Source: Schlesneria sp. (GTDB lineage: Bacteria > Planctomycetota > Planctomycetia > Planctomycetales > Planctomycetaceae). From it: a DNA stretch of 60,115 nt. The notes beneath the pieces are model-generated. The model did no database searches. It was not told where the DNA came from and was given only the letters and a program-made list of their open reading frames with translations. Below are positions 39,707 to 51,100 of this stretch, piece after piece. The DNA lies in contig JAYTQJ010000686.1 of assembly GCA_043746775.1 (NCBI GenBank), forward strand, positions 1-60,115, given 5' to 3'. Each line of letters starts with the position of its first letter. The stretch's first letter is position 1. Position numbers and translations under genes: made by a program.

Positions 39707-41512
39707 TCAGTCGAGAGCGACGCCGAGCGTCACGCGCAGATGGTCGTCGTGGAGGCTCCCAGCGAAGAAGGCGGCATCGAACAGTTGCAGGACTTCGCTG
39801 AAGCGCGACAGCCGTGTCTGAATGCCTGGCTTCGACTTCTCCGACCGGCCCGCGAGCGTGGTGGCAATCCAGTCGGAATGCGTTGTCAGCGCGGCGCGAG
39901 TCTGGCTTGAGTCGAACCAAACCAACTGCGTCGCCGTGGCGAAGAACCGCCGTGCATGATCGTTCAGCCGTATGGAGCCTGCTTGTTTCGGCAGTGGGTC
40001 CGACGACGAACGGACTCGCAATAGCTCGGCCTTGGAACTCGCCACGAACAGGCGATCGGCAACGATGCCGTAGCCCGGTTCCCCAAGCGGCAATCCTTCG
40101 AGCCATCGTCGCATCGTCGAACCATCGCCAGTGGATCTCACGACGATAGGGAACTCGGGATGCTCACTGGAAAAATGGGCTCCCAAAAAGTTCAGACCGA
40201 ACGAGAGGGCGTTGTCGAGACTGGTGGCCAATTTCGGTTCATCGGAGTTTGAGGCGGTCGCGGAATTCTTGGACATCCACGAAAACTGACCGAGTAACTC
40301 GAACGGAGCCGCTCGATCCGCAACCTGTTCCGGCGCTGAAGCGTGAATCGTGAGGTCAGACAGCAGAGCAGGGAGGACCTCCTCGATGAGGTCTCGCCCA
40401 CCCAGCAAGCTCTTCAGGACACGGCGAGTCCGCACGAAGTCATTCGATTTCACTCCGGAGTCCACGGCGAGCCACATCCTGATGAGTGGCCGAACATCGA
40501 CTCCCCCTGAAACCGCGAGCAAGGCCGCAGCAGGAATCCGCTCGGACCAGCGCGAGTCCGGCGTCGCCTGCTTGGTGGACACCTCCGTCGAACGAACGAA
40601 CTCCGTCCAACCGGAGGGGAGTTGAGTGCGATCCAACTCGGCAACGACATCGAGAGACAAGCCTTCGTCGAACCGAAGCGAACCTGTGAGAGCCGACACA
40701 CAACGCCAGACTGCCAGAATCACCGCCGCTTCGTTGCCGTTCTTTGCACCCTCGCGCAGTGCCTTGTCCCACGCGCGACTGTTCACATGCACGAACGCGA
40801 CACCGTTCTCGGAGAGCCTCGCACGGGCCGCTCGGTACGCTGGCGACTCACGCAACGTGCGGACTGTTCCGTCGATCGCCTTCCGCGACTCAGCCTGTGC
40901 CACCGCAGCCTGCTGCATCTCGATGGCCTGTCGGACAAGAGCCTCTTGGTCCGACAACACCAGCGTTCGATCGAAGAGGACGTAGAACAGCACTTCCTTC
41001 GACTTCGGTGACTTCAATCGCTTGACGTAGGTCTGCCCGAGATGCTGCTGCGGCTCATCGACATGCTGCGGTTCGAGCTTGTTCAATGTCGCGACCGAAC
41101 GCGACAACGTCGCCGCGTCGCGTGCTCTGGCGATCATCAGCCCTTGCGGCTTCGCTCCTTCAGGCAGGTAAACGGCCAAAACCAACGACTCCGCACACAG
41201 GCCTCGAAGTTGTTCGGACAACGGCAGGCCCGTCATTTGAGTGACGTGGTTCTCGATGGCCATCCACTGCTGAAAGCCCGCCCCCAGCAGCAGCCGCTGA
41301 AACGGTGTGAACGCTCGCACCCGGTCAGCCAACCGCGATCGTTCGATACGCAGCCACGTCGCATCCAGGTTCGGGACTTCCAAGCAAACGGCCGCCGAGT
41401 CCGCCACGAGGTCCAGTGGCGAGACCTCAACCGCCCGCACGTTCTTCACACCGATGAGTGCGATGAAACACAGCGCGATCGGAATCCATCGAAGTGGCCG
41501 GAGCGTGGACAT
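39707..41512 (-). CDS. Exported hypothetical protein
   Basis: Signal peptide; 601-aa ORF; AAGGA SD; downstream of the ECF sigma/anti-sigma pair. Confidence 0.78.
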   Translation of the reverse strand: MSTLRPLRWIPIALCFIALIGVKNVRAVEVSPLDLVADSAAVCLEVPNLDATWLRIERSRLADRVRAFTPFQRLLLGAGFQQWMAIENHVTQMTGLPLSEQLRGLCAESLVLAVYLPEGAKPQGLMIARARDAATLSRSVATLNKLEPQHVDEPQQHLGQTYVKRLKSPKSKEVLFYVLFDRTLVLSDQEALVRQAIEMQQAAVAQAESRKAIDGTVRTLRESPAYRAARARLSENGVAFVHVNSRAWDKALREGAKNGNEAAVILAVWRCVSALTGSLRFDEGLSLDVVAELDRTQLPSGWTEFVRSTEVSTKQATPDSRWSERIPAAALLAVSGGVDVRPLIRMWLAVDSGVKSNDFVRTRRVLKSLLGGRDLIEEVLPALLSDLTIHASAPEQVADRAAPFELLGQFSWMSKNSATASNSDEPKLATSLDNALSFGLNFLGAHFSSEHPEFPIVVRSTGDGSTMRRWLEGLPLGEPGYGIVADRLFVASSKAELLRVRSSSDPLPKQAGSIRLNDHARRFFATATQLVWFDSSQTRAALTTHSDWIATTLAGRSEKSKPGIQTRLSRFSEVLQLFDAAFFAGSLHDDHLRVTLGVALD

Positions 41513-41638
41513 GAGAATTCCTTGCGGTGAAATGAAGCAGACACGCGAGAGAGGAGGGGATCAGCAGGAGGAAGCGATCAGCAGTACGGACGGTTCTCAC
41601 GCCGCGACATCCGTCGTCGGCATTTTCAACGACACCGA

Positions 41639-41741
41639 AGCCTGTTGAAAACCGTAGGGTAAGCCCCTCTGGCTTGCCCCTTTTCCAACTGCAATCACGG
41701 GCAAGCGAGACGCTTACCCTACGTTTTTCAACAAGCCGCTA
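41639..41741. mobile_element. MITE-like element: CCTGTTGAAAA...TTTTTCAACAAGCCGC-TA shell around a family B hairpin
   Basis: Inverted homolog of 5354-5450. Confidence 0.75.
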
Positions 41742-41799
41742 AGCCTGACACGCAAGCGAAGAAGCGAGTCGCGACGGTCTTCGCTTGCGCGTCAGGCTT
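41741..41799. repeat. Family A-variant hairpin
   Basis: AAGCCTGACACGCAAGCGAAGA...TCTTCGCTTGCGCGTCAGGCTT. Confidence 0.75.
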
Positions 41800-41829
41800 C
41801 AACGGCAAACCGCTTTTCCGGATGCGATC

Positions 41830-42606
41830 TCAGCCCGAGGGAACTCGGCTGGGGACGGTGTCCCACAAAAAACCGATCGCTTGGCCAATCTGATCTCCGA
41901 TCGACCGACTCAGATCGGCACCGGGCTGAGGCACAGCATCCGTTCCGTGGTCCTCAGAGATTTCCTCGCGCACTGGTAAGACCGCGCGCGGCCATGCGAC
42001 CGATTGCGGCATCACGGCGGCGAAGTCGCGCGCGGTGGCCGTGGTCTCGTTCGCCAGCTCTTGATACTCGGCCTTCAAATCGGCGAGGACCGCCACGACC
42101 GAATCGGAAACGCCGACCTCCGAAACTTCTGCTCGCTTGCCAAGCGATGGTTGTCCACCTGTCACAGAACGGCGGGCATTCGGAGTTGTCAGAGCAACGG
42201 TTGCCCCATCTTCTCGAAGCGGGTCGATGCGGCGCGTGGCCATCCAACAGGTCATCGCGACACACGCCAGCGTCGCCGCGACCACCCAGTTCGTCCGACG
42301 CGACTGTCTGCGTGAGAGAACAGCGGGTTCGAGCGAGCGTGACTCCAACAAGACTGTGGGCATCTCGTCGGTCAATGGCGCTGAGGGGCCAGTCAAACTT
42401 CGCAGGACCCGGTCACTCAGCGACGCGGGGACATCGACCGGACGCCACGCGGAAATCGCGGACTCCAACAGACAGTGGTCTCGCCAGAGCGACTCACACG
42501 CCGGGCATGACTTTCGATGAGTCACAGCCTCTTCGGAAAGTGGACTTCGACGAGAATCAATCTGTTCGTTCAGGACCACTTCAAACTTAGAACAGTTCAT
42601 AACCAT
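41830..42606 (-). CDS. Putative ZAS-type anti-sigma factor
   Basis: HRKSCPAC (Hx3Cx2C); one TM; overlaps the ECF sigma 3' end. Confidence 0.78.
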   Translation of the reverse strand: MVMNCSKFEVVLNEQIDSRRSPLSEEAVTHRKSCPACESLWRDHCLLESAISAWRPVDVPASLSDRVLRSLTGPSAPLTDEMPTVLLESRSLEPAVLSRRQSRRTNWVVAATLACVAMTCWMATRRIDPLREDGATVALTTPNARRSVTGGQPSLGKRAEVSEVGVSDSVVAVLADLKAEYQELANETTATARDFAAVMPQSVAWPRAVLPVREEISEDHGTDAVPQPGADLSRSIGDQIGQAIGFLWDTVPSRVPSG

Positions 42607-43138
42607 CCTCCGTCACCACACCGCGTTCCCGCAGCAGTCCAGCCAACTCACGTCGCGCCCGATGCAACCATGTTTTGATCGTTCCCTCCGGAACCTCCAT
42701 GATTCGAGCCACCTCTTGAATACTGAGGTCTTGCTGATGGAACAGTAGAAAACAAGTTCGATAGTTGTCCCGCAATTGGCTGACCGCCAGTTGAAGTTCT
42801 TCCACCAAATCGAAGCCACTCAGCCGTGCCGCCGGTGCCGCAGGCTCGATCACCGACTCCACGGTTCGCGCCTTGGTCTTGAGTTTCGATTGATGCGTGC
42901 GACAACGATTAATGGCGATGGCCAACACCCATGGCTTGAGCGGGCGCACGCCATCCCAGTGTTTTAGATAACGAACCGCCCGAACGAGCGTCTCTTGGGC
43001 GACATCCTCCGCGTCCTGACGATGCCTCAATTGACGCACGCAGATCGCGAAGACCAGCCCCTGAAACTGCTCGACAAACTCCAGTAACCCGTCTTGGTCA
43101 CCGGCCAAGCAGCGTGTGACGAGTCCCCGGTCATCCAC
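42587..43138 (-). CDS. ECF RNA polymerase sigma factor
   Basis: DAEDVAQETLVRA, WVLAIAINRC, LSIQEVARIMEVPEGTIKTWLHRAR. Confidence 0.95.
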   Translation of the reverse strand: MDDRGLVTRCLAGDQDGLLEFVEQFQGLVFAICVRQLRHRQDAEDVAQETLVRAVRYLKHWDGVRPLKPWVLAIAINRCRTHQSKLKTKARTVESVIEPAAPAARLSGFDLVEELQLAVSQLRDNYRTCFLLFHQQDLSIQEVARIMEVPEGTIKTWLHRARRELAGLLRERGVVTEDGYELF

Positions 43139-43277
43139 CTTGCGGCTTCCCCTTCCGGAGACGAATACCCGCCGAAAGAGACGCGGGTTTCAGGGCGATA
43201 GAGTCCAGCAGGTGGACCGTCGCAACGCGTGCCGAAAAAGCCTGTCCGTGAGCTTCATCCACGCGACATCTGGCTTC

Positions 43278-43377
43278 AGTCTGTTGAACAACCCCTGTAG
43301 GACGGGCACTCTTGCCCGACTTTCAGTTTGAAAACAGACGGGCAAGAGTGCCCGTCCTACAGGGTTATTCAACAGGC
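43278..43377. mobile_element. MITE-like element: CTGTTGAA...TTCAACAG shell around a family D hairpin
   Basis: CTGTTGAACAACCCCTGTAGGACGGG...CCCGTCCTACAGGGTTATTCAACAG. Confidence 0.75.
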
Positions 43378-43465
43378 GGGTAAGACGACATAGCAAGCAA
43401 CTGGTACAGAAGCCCAAGGCGTCCCCGCGGCAAACGGAGCAAGCACGGCATCCACAAAACTCGTC

Positions 43466-43675
43466 TCAGCGCGTGATCTGCTCACGAGCAAACTGACGAG
43501 CCATTTTGTAGGCGTGACGCATTGCGAACGCGCGCGTCTCCATCTGCTCTTCCGTGTAATACTTGCCGGTGTCGCTCGTCGGTAGCCCGGCGAAGGCGAT
43601 CGTGAGCGGCATCAGGTCAAGAAACTCACGGTAACGGCGTTGCTGTTCGGCGACGTTGGGATCGGCGTTCGACAT
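43466..43675 (-). CDS. Small hypothetical protein (69 aa)
   Basis: GGGAG SD; RYREFLDLMPLTIAFAGLP; typical codon usage. Confidence 0.72.
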   Translation of the reverse strand: MSNADPNVAEQQRRYREFLDLMPLTIAFAGLPTSDTGKYYTEEQMETRAFAMRHAYKMARQFAREQITR

Positions 43676-43768
43676 GGTTGCGGCTCCCGACTCGAAGAGT
43701 CTGTTACACAAAACACTTGCGGGGTGAAACTATCCATTCGGCCAATGGCCTTCGACAAAAGGGACCGA

Positions 43769-44734
43769 CTAACGAGTCCGCTTCTGCATGTAGTTTTTGA
43801 TGATGTCGGCAGCCGATGTCGAAGGCTTTTCGACTGGGGCCGCTGGCGCACCGCCCGGTGCAGGAGCAGCCGGCGGAGGGGCGTCCTTGAAACCCGTCGA
43901 TTCCGGTGGAGGCAATCGAATAGCCACATCCGCAAGGGCGGCTGCCGCGCTGACAGGCTCAGCCGCAGCAGGCGCGGGCATCGGATAACTCGGGGCCATG
44001 GGCATCCCCCCTTGCATGGGCATCCCCATTGGATAACCGGGCATCTGAGGATAGACCGGTTGACCATAACCGGGCGGATACTGCTGCGGGTAACCCATCG
44101 GCGGCTGGCCGTAACCCGGCATCATCTGGGGATAACCCTGCGGCATCATCTGAGGGTAACCCGGCTGAGTCATTTGGGGGTAACCACCGGGATATCCAGC
44201 AGGTGGGGTTCCCGCGAAGATTGCCGTATCGGTGGCAGCCGTCATCGCCGTGTCTTGAGCGGCCGGGCCGACCACAGCGGGAATCTCGTAAGTTGTCTCG
44301 TTCAACTCGGCATTGGCGATCTCGCCATTGGAGTCACCAAGATAAACAGGGATCTCCGCAGTCACACCACCGGGGACGGATTCGATCTCCGAAGAACTCC
44401 CCGTCTTCGCCAAAACCTTGGCGACAATCGCGGCTGGCTGCCGGACCACCAGTTCGAGTTCCATCTTGCCGATGCCGATTTGGTCGCCTGGCTTGAGGAC
44501 CACTTCTCCACGCAACGCTTCGCCGTTTACGCGGGTTCCGTTGGTACTGCCCAAGTCGCGAAGTCGCACCGCGAAATCGTCGATGGAAAAGACGCAGTGA
44601 TGGCGGCTGACCATGTCACTGTTCGGCCGCAGATGACAGTCTTGCTCACGCCCGACCAAGAACTTTTTGGTCGTGAGGGGAATGGCCTTCCCTTGATGTT
44701 TTCCGCCCAGAATCTTGAGTTCAGCCTGTAGCAT
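43769..44734 (-). CDS. FHA domain protein with GYPQM/Pro-rich linker
   Basis: VGR...SRHHC...DLGSTNGT..NG FHA motifs; tandem GYPQMM/GYPQQ repeats about 44030-44200. Confidence 0.92.
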   Translation of the reverse strand: MLQAELKILGGKHQGKAIPLTTKKFLVGREQDCHLRPNSDMVSRHHCVFSIDDFAVRLRDLGSTNGTRVNGEALRGEVVLKPGDQIGIGKMELELVVRQPAAIVAKVLAKTGSSSEIESVPGGVTAEIPVYLGDSNGEIANAELNETTYEIPAVVGPAAQDTAMTAATDTAIFAGTPPAGYPGGYPQMTQPGYPQMMPQGYPQMMPGYGQPPMGYPQQYPPGYGQPVYPQMPGYPMGMPMQGGMPMAPSYPMPAPAAAEPVSAAAALADVAIRLPPPESTGFKDAPPPAAPAPGGAPAAPVEKPSTSAADIIKNYMQKRTR

Positions 44735-45270
44735 GAACCAGGCACTCCCCTAAGTCAGTGACGCCACAGAACCCACCGAAGCGGCGAACTCTGTCAAATT
44801 CAAAATGGATTGTTGATGTCGCGCGAGACGTGATTTTCACGGGTGAATCTAGGCTGCGACAGACCCGATTCCGGTCGGCGAGCTAACCCGCCAACACCTC
44901 AAATCCCACTTGCCAAGACATGGGGCGGTACGCTAACGCCCGAGTCTGAAGCTGTCAACGAGTCATGCTAGGCTCACAGGACATCGCCAAGTTCCTTATG
45001 ACCCAAGAGCGTGGCGTTCGGCGGGATGCAATCAAGTGCTCGACGCGGACAGCGATTCCCGGATCGCCGTCAAAGGCAATCGGCCCACTTTCGGCTCGCC
45101 AAAAACGCCATTCGCCTCCGCATCTTCGCTGGCATGCGAAGGTACTCCGGCGTTTTTGACACTCGACAGTCTCTAATCATGACTGATACCTTCGACCGCC
45201 AAAGGAAGACCCCACTTCGGCATCAATTCGCTCGGTGCAAAGAGTGTCAGCAGGTATGGAAAGATTCATC

Positions 45271-45975
45271 ATGAGTACGAACAAATCTCGTCGTGCGGTC
45301 GTACTCGTCAGCGGCGGACTCGATTCGGCGACGATCCTCGCCATCGCGAAGGCCGAGGGTTTCGAGCCGTATGCACTGTCGTTCGATTACGGGCAGCGGC
45401 ACCGCTTTGAGTTAGAGGCGGCGACTCACGTCTGCGCCGCCGCCGAGGTGAAGCGTCACATCGTCGTGTCGCTCGATCTGCGGGCGTTTGGCGGATCGGC
45501 TCTGACCGACGACATCGCGGTCCCCAAAGATCGCTCGGACGATGATCTGTCAGGCGGGATTCCGATCACCTACGTTCCCGCGCGTAACACAATTTTTTTG
45601 TCGGTCGCTTTGGGTTGGGCGGAAGTACTCGGGGCGAGCGATCTCTTCATTGGCGTGAACGCGGTCGATTACAGTGGCTACCCCGACTGTCGGCCCGAGT
45701 TCATCGCGGCCTTTCGTCAACTGGCCAATCTCGCCACGAAGTCGGGTGTCGAGGGGAGCGATGAGTGGCACGTCCATGCTCCGCTGATCTCGCTCACCAA
45801 AGCCCAGATCATTCGACGCGGCCTCGCGCTCGGTGTCGATTATGGTCTGACGCACAGTTGTTACGACCCAAACGAACAAGGCCAAGCCTGTGGTCACTGC
45901 GACTCTTGCAGCCTGCGGCTGAAGGGCTTTGCCGAAGCGGGGCTGTCCGATCCGGCACCGTATAGCCACGGTTGA
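45271..45975 (+). CDS. queC: 7-cyano-7-deazaguanine synthase
   Basis: [33 protein letters not shown]...CGHCDSC. Confidence 0.97.
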   Translation: MSTNKSRRAVVLVSGGLDSATILAIAKAEGFEPYALSFDYGQRHRFELEAATHVCAAAEVKRHIVVSLDLRAFGGSALTDDIAVPKDRSDDDLSGGIPITYVPARNTIFLSVALGWAEVLGASDLFIGVNAVDYSGYPDCRPEFIAAFRQLANLATKSGVEGSDEWHVHAPLISLTKAQIIRRGLALGVDYGLTHSCYDPNEQGQACGHCDSCSLRLKGFAEAGLSDPAPYSHG

Positions 45976-46363
45976 CGATGACTCCGTGAGTTGCACGCCG
46001 ACCTCGCTCTTTGGTCGTCAACCCGCCACTTCTGTCTTTCGGAGTACAGGGCTTGAGTCCCCTGAACCCAGCCAGCTTGAAATGGCAGCACTCGTTTTGA
46101 AATGTGCTCGACGAACTTTCAGACTCAACAACGCGACGGCCCCCTGGGCTTGAAAACGGGGGCTTGCTGTACAGAAATGCAACTCGCATAATCGCGGCCG
46201 GTCGCAATGAGGCAACCGAATGTCTGTAACAGGGTGGGTGGGCTTGCAGGCTGTGATTCTCAATGTCTGGGTGAGAGTGGACAATACGAGGTGAGTTGAG
46301 GAACCGGCAGAGGATGCTGCCGCAGTTTGGAAGCCCCCACTAACACTTTGTGGGGGACACATA

Positions 46364-48022
46364 ATGGCCAGCTTGGTTGTGATGGGGCCACCGGCGCGCG
46401 GGGCCAGATACGTGTTGCCCGTGGCGCGCGGACTGGTGATTGGACGATCTGGCTTCTGTGACATCGTCCTCAACAAACGATCCCTCTCCCGCGAACACGC
46501 GCGTGTCTTTGAACTCAACGGCCAGTACTTCATCGCCGATATGGGGAGCGTCAATGGGACCTCCGTCAACGGGCGGCCGGTTCACGAGCCGATGCTGCTG
46601 AAGGACGGAGACCGGGTCAATCTGCACGATGTGCCGCTGACCTTTTGCGCTCTCGACGATGGCAAGCCGGGATCGAGTGGCGAGATGGCGGCTTCCAACG
46701 GTCATCTCGACATCTCCGGCGGCGAACTGGCCAACACCAAAATCAGTCCGTTAAATTCGCACGCGGTAGACGGAACCTCGGACGGCAGGCTGAAAAAGCA
46801 ACTGAACAGCCTGTTGGTGATTGCTCATCGGCTGGGTAGCCATCTCTCTGTGGACGAGATTCTCCCGAAGGTACTGGACGCTCTGTTTCAGGCATTTCCA
46901 CAGGCCACCAATGGCGAGATCCTGTTGCTCGACGAATGCGGTGCATTGGTTCCGCGCGCCAGCAAACACGGGCGAGACGGGGACAGCGCTTTGCTGACCG
47001 CCGTTCCCATCAATTTGCCCCTCACACACAAGGCGATCAAAGCGGGACGAGGACTGATTGAACACCACGGCGACATCGATGGCCGGTCCGCGCTGGAAGA
47101 CCGCTTCAGCTCGACCATGTGCGTACCGATCGTGGGGTCTGGACGAAACGTACTCGGGGTGATCGTGCTTGAGACGGACGAACCCGCCGACCGATTCGTA
47201 GACGACGATCTGCAGCTCGTCGAGGGCGTGGCGGTGATGACAGCACAGGCTATCGGCTATTCCCGTGCCCACGATCTGATCCTCGAAAACGAACGGCATC
47301 GGCAGCAGTTGGAAATGGCGCGAGACATCCAAATCCGCATGTTGCCCAACGCGCGTCCCGAGGTGGCCGGTTATGCATTCGGCGACTATTACCGGGCGGC
47401 GCGTACGGTGGGCGGCGATTGGTACACGTACCGGGCCACATCCAACGGATGCGTGGTGATCGCGGTGGCGGACGCAGCGGGCAAAGGGTTGCCGGCCGCG
47501 TTGAAAATCGTCGATTTTGCTTCCGAACTGCGGCACTGTCTCGAAGCGACCGCGTCGCTCAAGAAGGCCATGTCCCGGCTCAATCAGTTCGTGTGCGAGC
47601 TTGATGAGGGCTTCATCACGTTCTGCGTCGCCGTGCTTGATCCGCGCGAACATCGCCTGAGCATCGCCAACGCGGGACATCCCGCACCACTCAGGCGTCG
47701 AGCCGACGGAGTGGTCGAGGCACAGGGAGCCGAACGATCGGGACTGCCGTTCGGCGTGGACCCACTCGAAGAATATCACCCGTTCTCGCTGATGCTCAGT
47801 CCCGGCGACGAGATCGTGCTTTACACCGATGGCGTCAATGAGGCGATGAACCGAAAGAACGAACTGTTCGGTACCGCGAGGCTGTGCGATGTCTTGGCGG
47901 CTCCCGCACCGGAACTGGAAGCGCGAGTCCGGGCCATCATCGATCGTGTCGAACAGTTTTGCGGCGGCCGCAGTCCCAGCGACGACACCTGCATCGTGGC
48001 CCTCTCGCGCCTCCTGACCTGA
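46364..48022 (+). CDS. FHA-GAF-SpoIIE (PP2C) serine phosphatase
   Basis: N-terminal FHA (IGR..SREHA..SVNGT); GAF; VGGDWY, VADAAGKG, ANAGHP, YTDGV, DDT. Confidence 0.92.
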   Translation: MASLVVMGPPARGARYVLPVARGLVIGRSGFCDIVLNKRSLSREHARVFELNGQYFIADMGSVNGTSVNGRPVHEPMLLKDGDRVNLHDVPLTFCALDDGKPGSSGEMAASNGHLDISGGELANTKISPLNSHAVDGTSDGRLKKQLNSLLVIAHRLGSHLSVDEILPKVLDALFQAFPQATNGEILLLDECGALVPRASKHGRDGDSALLTAVPINLPLTHKAIKAGRGLIEHHGDIDGRSALEDRFSSTMCVPIVGSGRNVLGVIVLETDEPADRFVDDDLQLVEGVAVMTAQAIGYSRAHDLILENERHRQQLEMARDIQIRMLPNARPEVAGYAFGDYYRAARTVGGDWYTYRATSNGCVVIAVADAAGKGLPAALKIVDFASELRHCLEATASLKKAMSRLNQFVCELDEGFITFCVAVLDPREHRLSIANAGHPAPLRRRADGVVEAQGAERSGLPFGVDPLEEYHPFSLMLSPGDEIVLYTDGVNEAMNRKNELFGTARLCDVLAAPAPELEARVRAIIDRVEQFCGGRSPSDDTCIVALSRLLT

Positions 48023-48065
48023 CGGATTATCCGGCACGCCGGTGAGGATGGCACATTTCACGCTC

Positions 48066-48116
48066 ACCCGAAGCGTCAGCGAGGATGTGAGTGGCGTCCT
48101 CGCTGACGCTTCGGGT
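48066..48116. repeat. Family A hairpin between convergent genes
   Basis: ACCCGAAGCGTCAGCGAGGA...TCCTCGCTGACGCTTCGGGT. Confidence 0.9.
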
Positions 48117-48174
48117 TGGTGTCCGCTTCAGCCGCGTGCTGTAAGGCGGAGCCATCACGATCTGTCGCGGAACA

Positions 48175-51100
48175 TCATTCGAGCGGTTCGGGCTGGGCCG
48201 GGGCCAGTGTGACGAGGATGTTGGGATTTCGTTTGCGCAGCGCGGCGATCCCGGCTTCGGTGACCTTCGAGCCGCCGAGCCTCAGGCTCATGTATTTGGA
48301 CTCGGCAAGGTTCAACAAGCCCGCGTCCGTGATCGGCTCGTTGTTGAGGAAGAGACGCATCGTGCCGCTGGACAGGAAGCCCTTCAGTTTGTCATCTGTC
48401 AATTGGCCGTTGGAGATGGCCAGAAACATCGCTGGCTTGAGTGCCGCGAGGTCGGCTTGTTCCAACGCGAGTCCGTCTAGGATCAAGCAACAGAGACCAA
48501 ATTGTTGCCGATTTCGACGGCGTTTCTCGGCCGGTGTCTCTGCGGAAGAGATAATCATCGACACGACCGGCGTCCGAACAAACAGCGGCGACAAGTGCGA
48601 TGCGAGCATCGTTCCGGTCAGATTCGGATTGTGATGTAGCCCGAGTGAGGCTAGGTGCGGCAAACGTCCGACCTCGACCAAGCCCGCCGCCGTGATGGCG
48701 GTCTTGACGAGATGGAGATCGACAACCAAGTCGGCAATCGGCGCGAGGGCTTTCAGGCTGTCATCCGTGATCGCGTCGCTGGACAAATTGAGGCCGACGC
48801 CACAGCGAACGAAGTCGAGACGATTGCCGACGATGCCCAACTTACGAATCCGTTCCACAATCTCGGCATCACATTTCTTCAGGTGAAAGGTGGCGTTGAT
48901 CTCGGGATTGGGGATGCGATCCGGCATCCTCTCCTCCTCAAACTGGGCTTCCACCAGATTGGGCAGGGCTGCGATTCGATTGGCTCCGGCAGTCGTGAAC
49001 TTGCTCTGTAGAAGACCGACTGTTTCCAGTTGGGGCTGACGTTCGAGCCACTCAATCATGCGGTCGGTGAAGCGGCTGTTCGTGACGTGCAGCGAATAGA
49101 GTTTTGAAAAGACCGGCAATCGCACCCAGCCCTCGTCAGTGACCAGCGTCTGGCTCAGATGAAGCACATTCAGTTCGGGCAGCTCCGCGAGACAAGCCAG
49201 TTCTGCGTCACCGAATTCACCCGAGAAGACCTGCAAGCTGTGAAGTGTGATGAGCCGTTTGAGTTGTTCTCGCTCCGCCGTACCAAACCGGCAGTGATTC
49301 AAGGCGAGAACCTCCAATTCCGGCAGCCGCGATAGCAGCAGCAACACACCTGCCAAGTCATCCGGATTATGAACCGTCACCGCGAGCGGTAGTTGGCGAC
49401 TGACGTACTCGCGGTGCTGCCGTTGCGAGTACTGGCTGTAACCTGGCTGCATTTCCACCGAAACATTCATCGCTCGCAGGCGGTCGATGATCGACTGTGA
49501 GGCAGGACTCAGTTGCGGCAGAGGTAGTGGCGAATAGACCTGACGAGCGTCTGACTTGGCCGCATCAGCGTTTCGCTCTGGAGTAGGCGGAAGGCGATCG
49601 AGGACGGTGACCTTGGGGAGTCGAGTCTTCAGCCGGTCGATCCCCGCTTGCGTGATCTTGGTCCCGGTGGCGGTGACGGAACCGAGATTCGGCAACTGCT
49701 CCAGATGGGCCAGCCCGGCGTCGGTGATGGCGGTCTGATCGAGCATGAGGCTCGTGAGTTTCGGCAACGACGCGAGTGTGAGCAGCGACGCATCCGTGAT
49801 CCGTGACCCGAACAGTGACAGATGCGTCAGTTCCTTGAGGCTCGCAAGGTGACGGACTCCGGCATCCGTGACCTGCGGCAGCATCATCAAGTGCAGGAAC
49901 TGAAGTGATGGGATCGCGGCTAGATGCCGCACTCCTTCATCCGTGATGTGCTGGGTGTCGAAGTACAAATGGGTGAGTTGTTTCAACTCGCGAAGGTGGG
50001 CCAATCCGGTGTCGGTGATTTTGGAATTGGTCGCCGAATTGATCGTCAGATTCGCCAACGTGGGCAACTTTCCAAGGACCGCCAAGTCGGCGTCCGTCAC
50101 CGGGCAGTCGATGAACGTCAGCACCAGTTGTTTGTGCGAGGGAAACCCCTGCAACAGGTTCAGACTGTCGGGCGTGATGAGCGGCCCCTTCAAGGTCAGC
50201 ATCAGCAGGGCCGACTCGGTGGTGTCCCCGATGTTCCGGACGGCCGCCTCGGTGAGTTCGGTCAACTCCAGTTGGAACGTGGCACCCGCGAACTTCTGCA
50301 TCCCGATGGGGAGCGGCTGCGTCGCGCTGAGGCTCTTCAGCGTCGCCATTGTTTTGAGTGGCATCAGCCCCGCCGTCGTCACTTGGGTGTTGTCGAGTCG
50401 CAGGTGTTCCAGCTTCGGGAACAGTGCCAACGCACGAACTCCTTCATCACTGACCGCAGTCTTCATCAGCGTGAGCGTCTTGAGGTTTGGTAGTGACTGA
50501 AGCTGCTTGAGGCCCGCGTCCGTGATGCCCGTCTCATCGAGCAGCAGTTGTTCGAGCTGCGTCATCCCGCGCAGATGAACCAGCGCCGCGTCGGAGATCT
50601 TCGTGCCGTTCAACATGATCGACTTGAGTCGCGTCAGCTTGGCGATCCGTGCGACATCGGCATCTTCCAGCGGCGAGGCTTGAGCATTGAACCATTCCAG
50701 ATCGTGGAACTTCTCCACGAGTGGCATCGCGGCGCGAGCGGTCTCCCGCTTGTTCAGATTGACGATCGACCACGGTTGGTCAGCCTGTTTGTCATCGACT
50801 CGGATGTCATGACCGAGTTCCTTCATGGACTCAGCCAGTGAGTCCTGTACAGAACGCGGGATCGCGGCCCGTTCATCGACGGTCTGTTGATCGCCCGCTT
50901 TTGGCTGCGCGGCGATGAAGGCTCGGCCCGGCAGGACGATCAGTGCCAACAGAGCCAGCGTGACCCAGCACCAACGCGGTGTCAGATGACAGAACTGTGA
51001 ACCTCGCCGCATGATTCCTTCCAATCTCTGTTTGGTGACATCGAACGAACGCATCTCCAACGCCAAGCGAACCGACCGCCGTTCGACCTGTCTTTCGAGC

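Noticed and set aside
44735-45270. preQ1 riboswitch or ncRNA upstream of queC
   Set aside because: No recognisable preQ1 stem plus A-rich tail; a covariance-model search would be needed to exclude other RNAs
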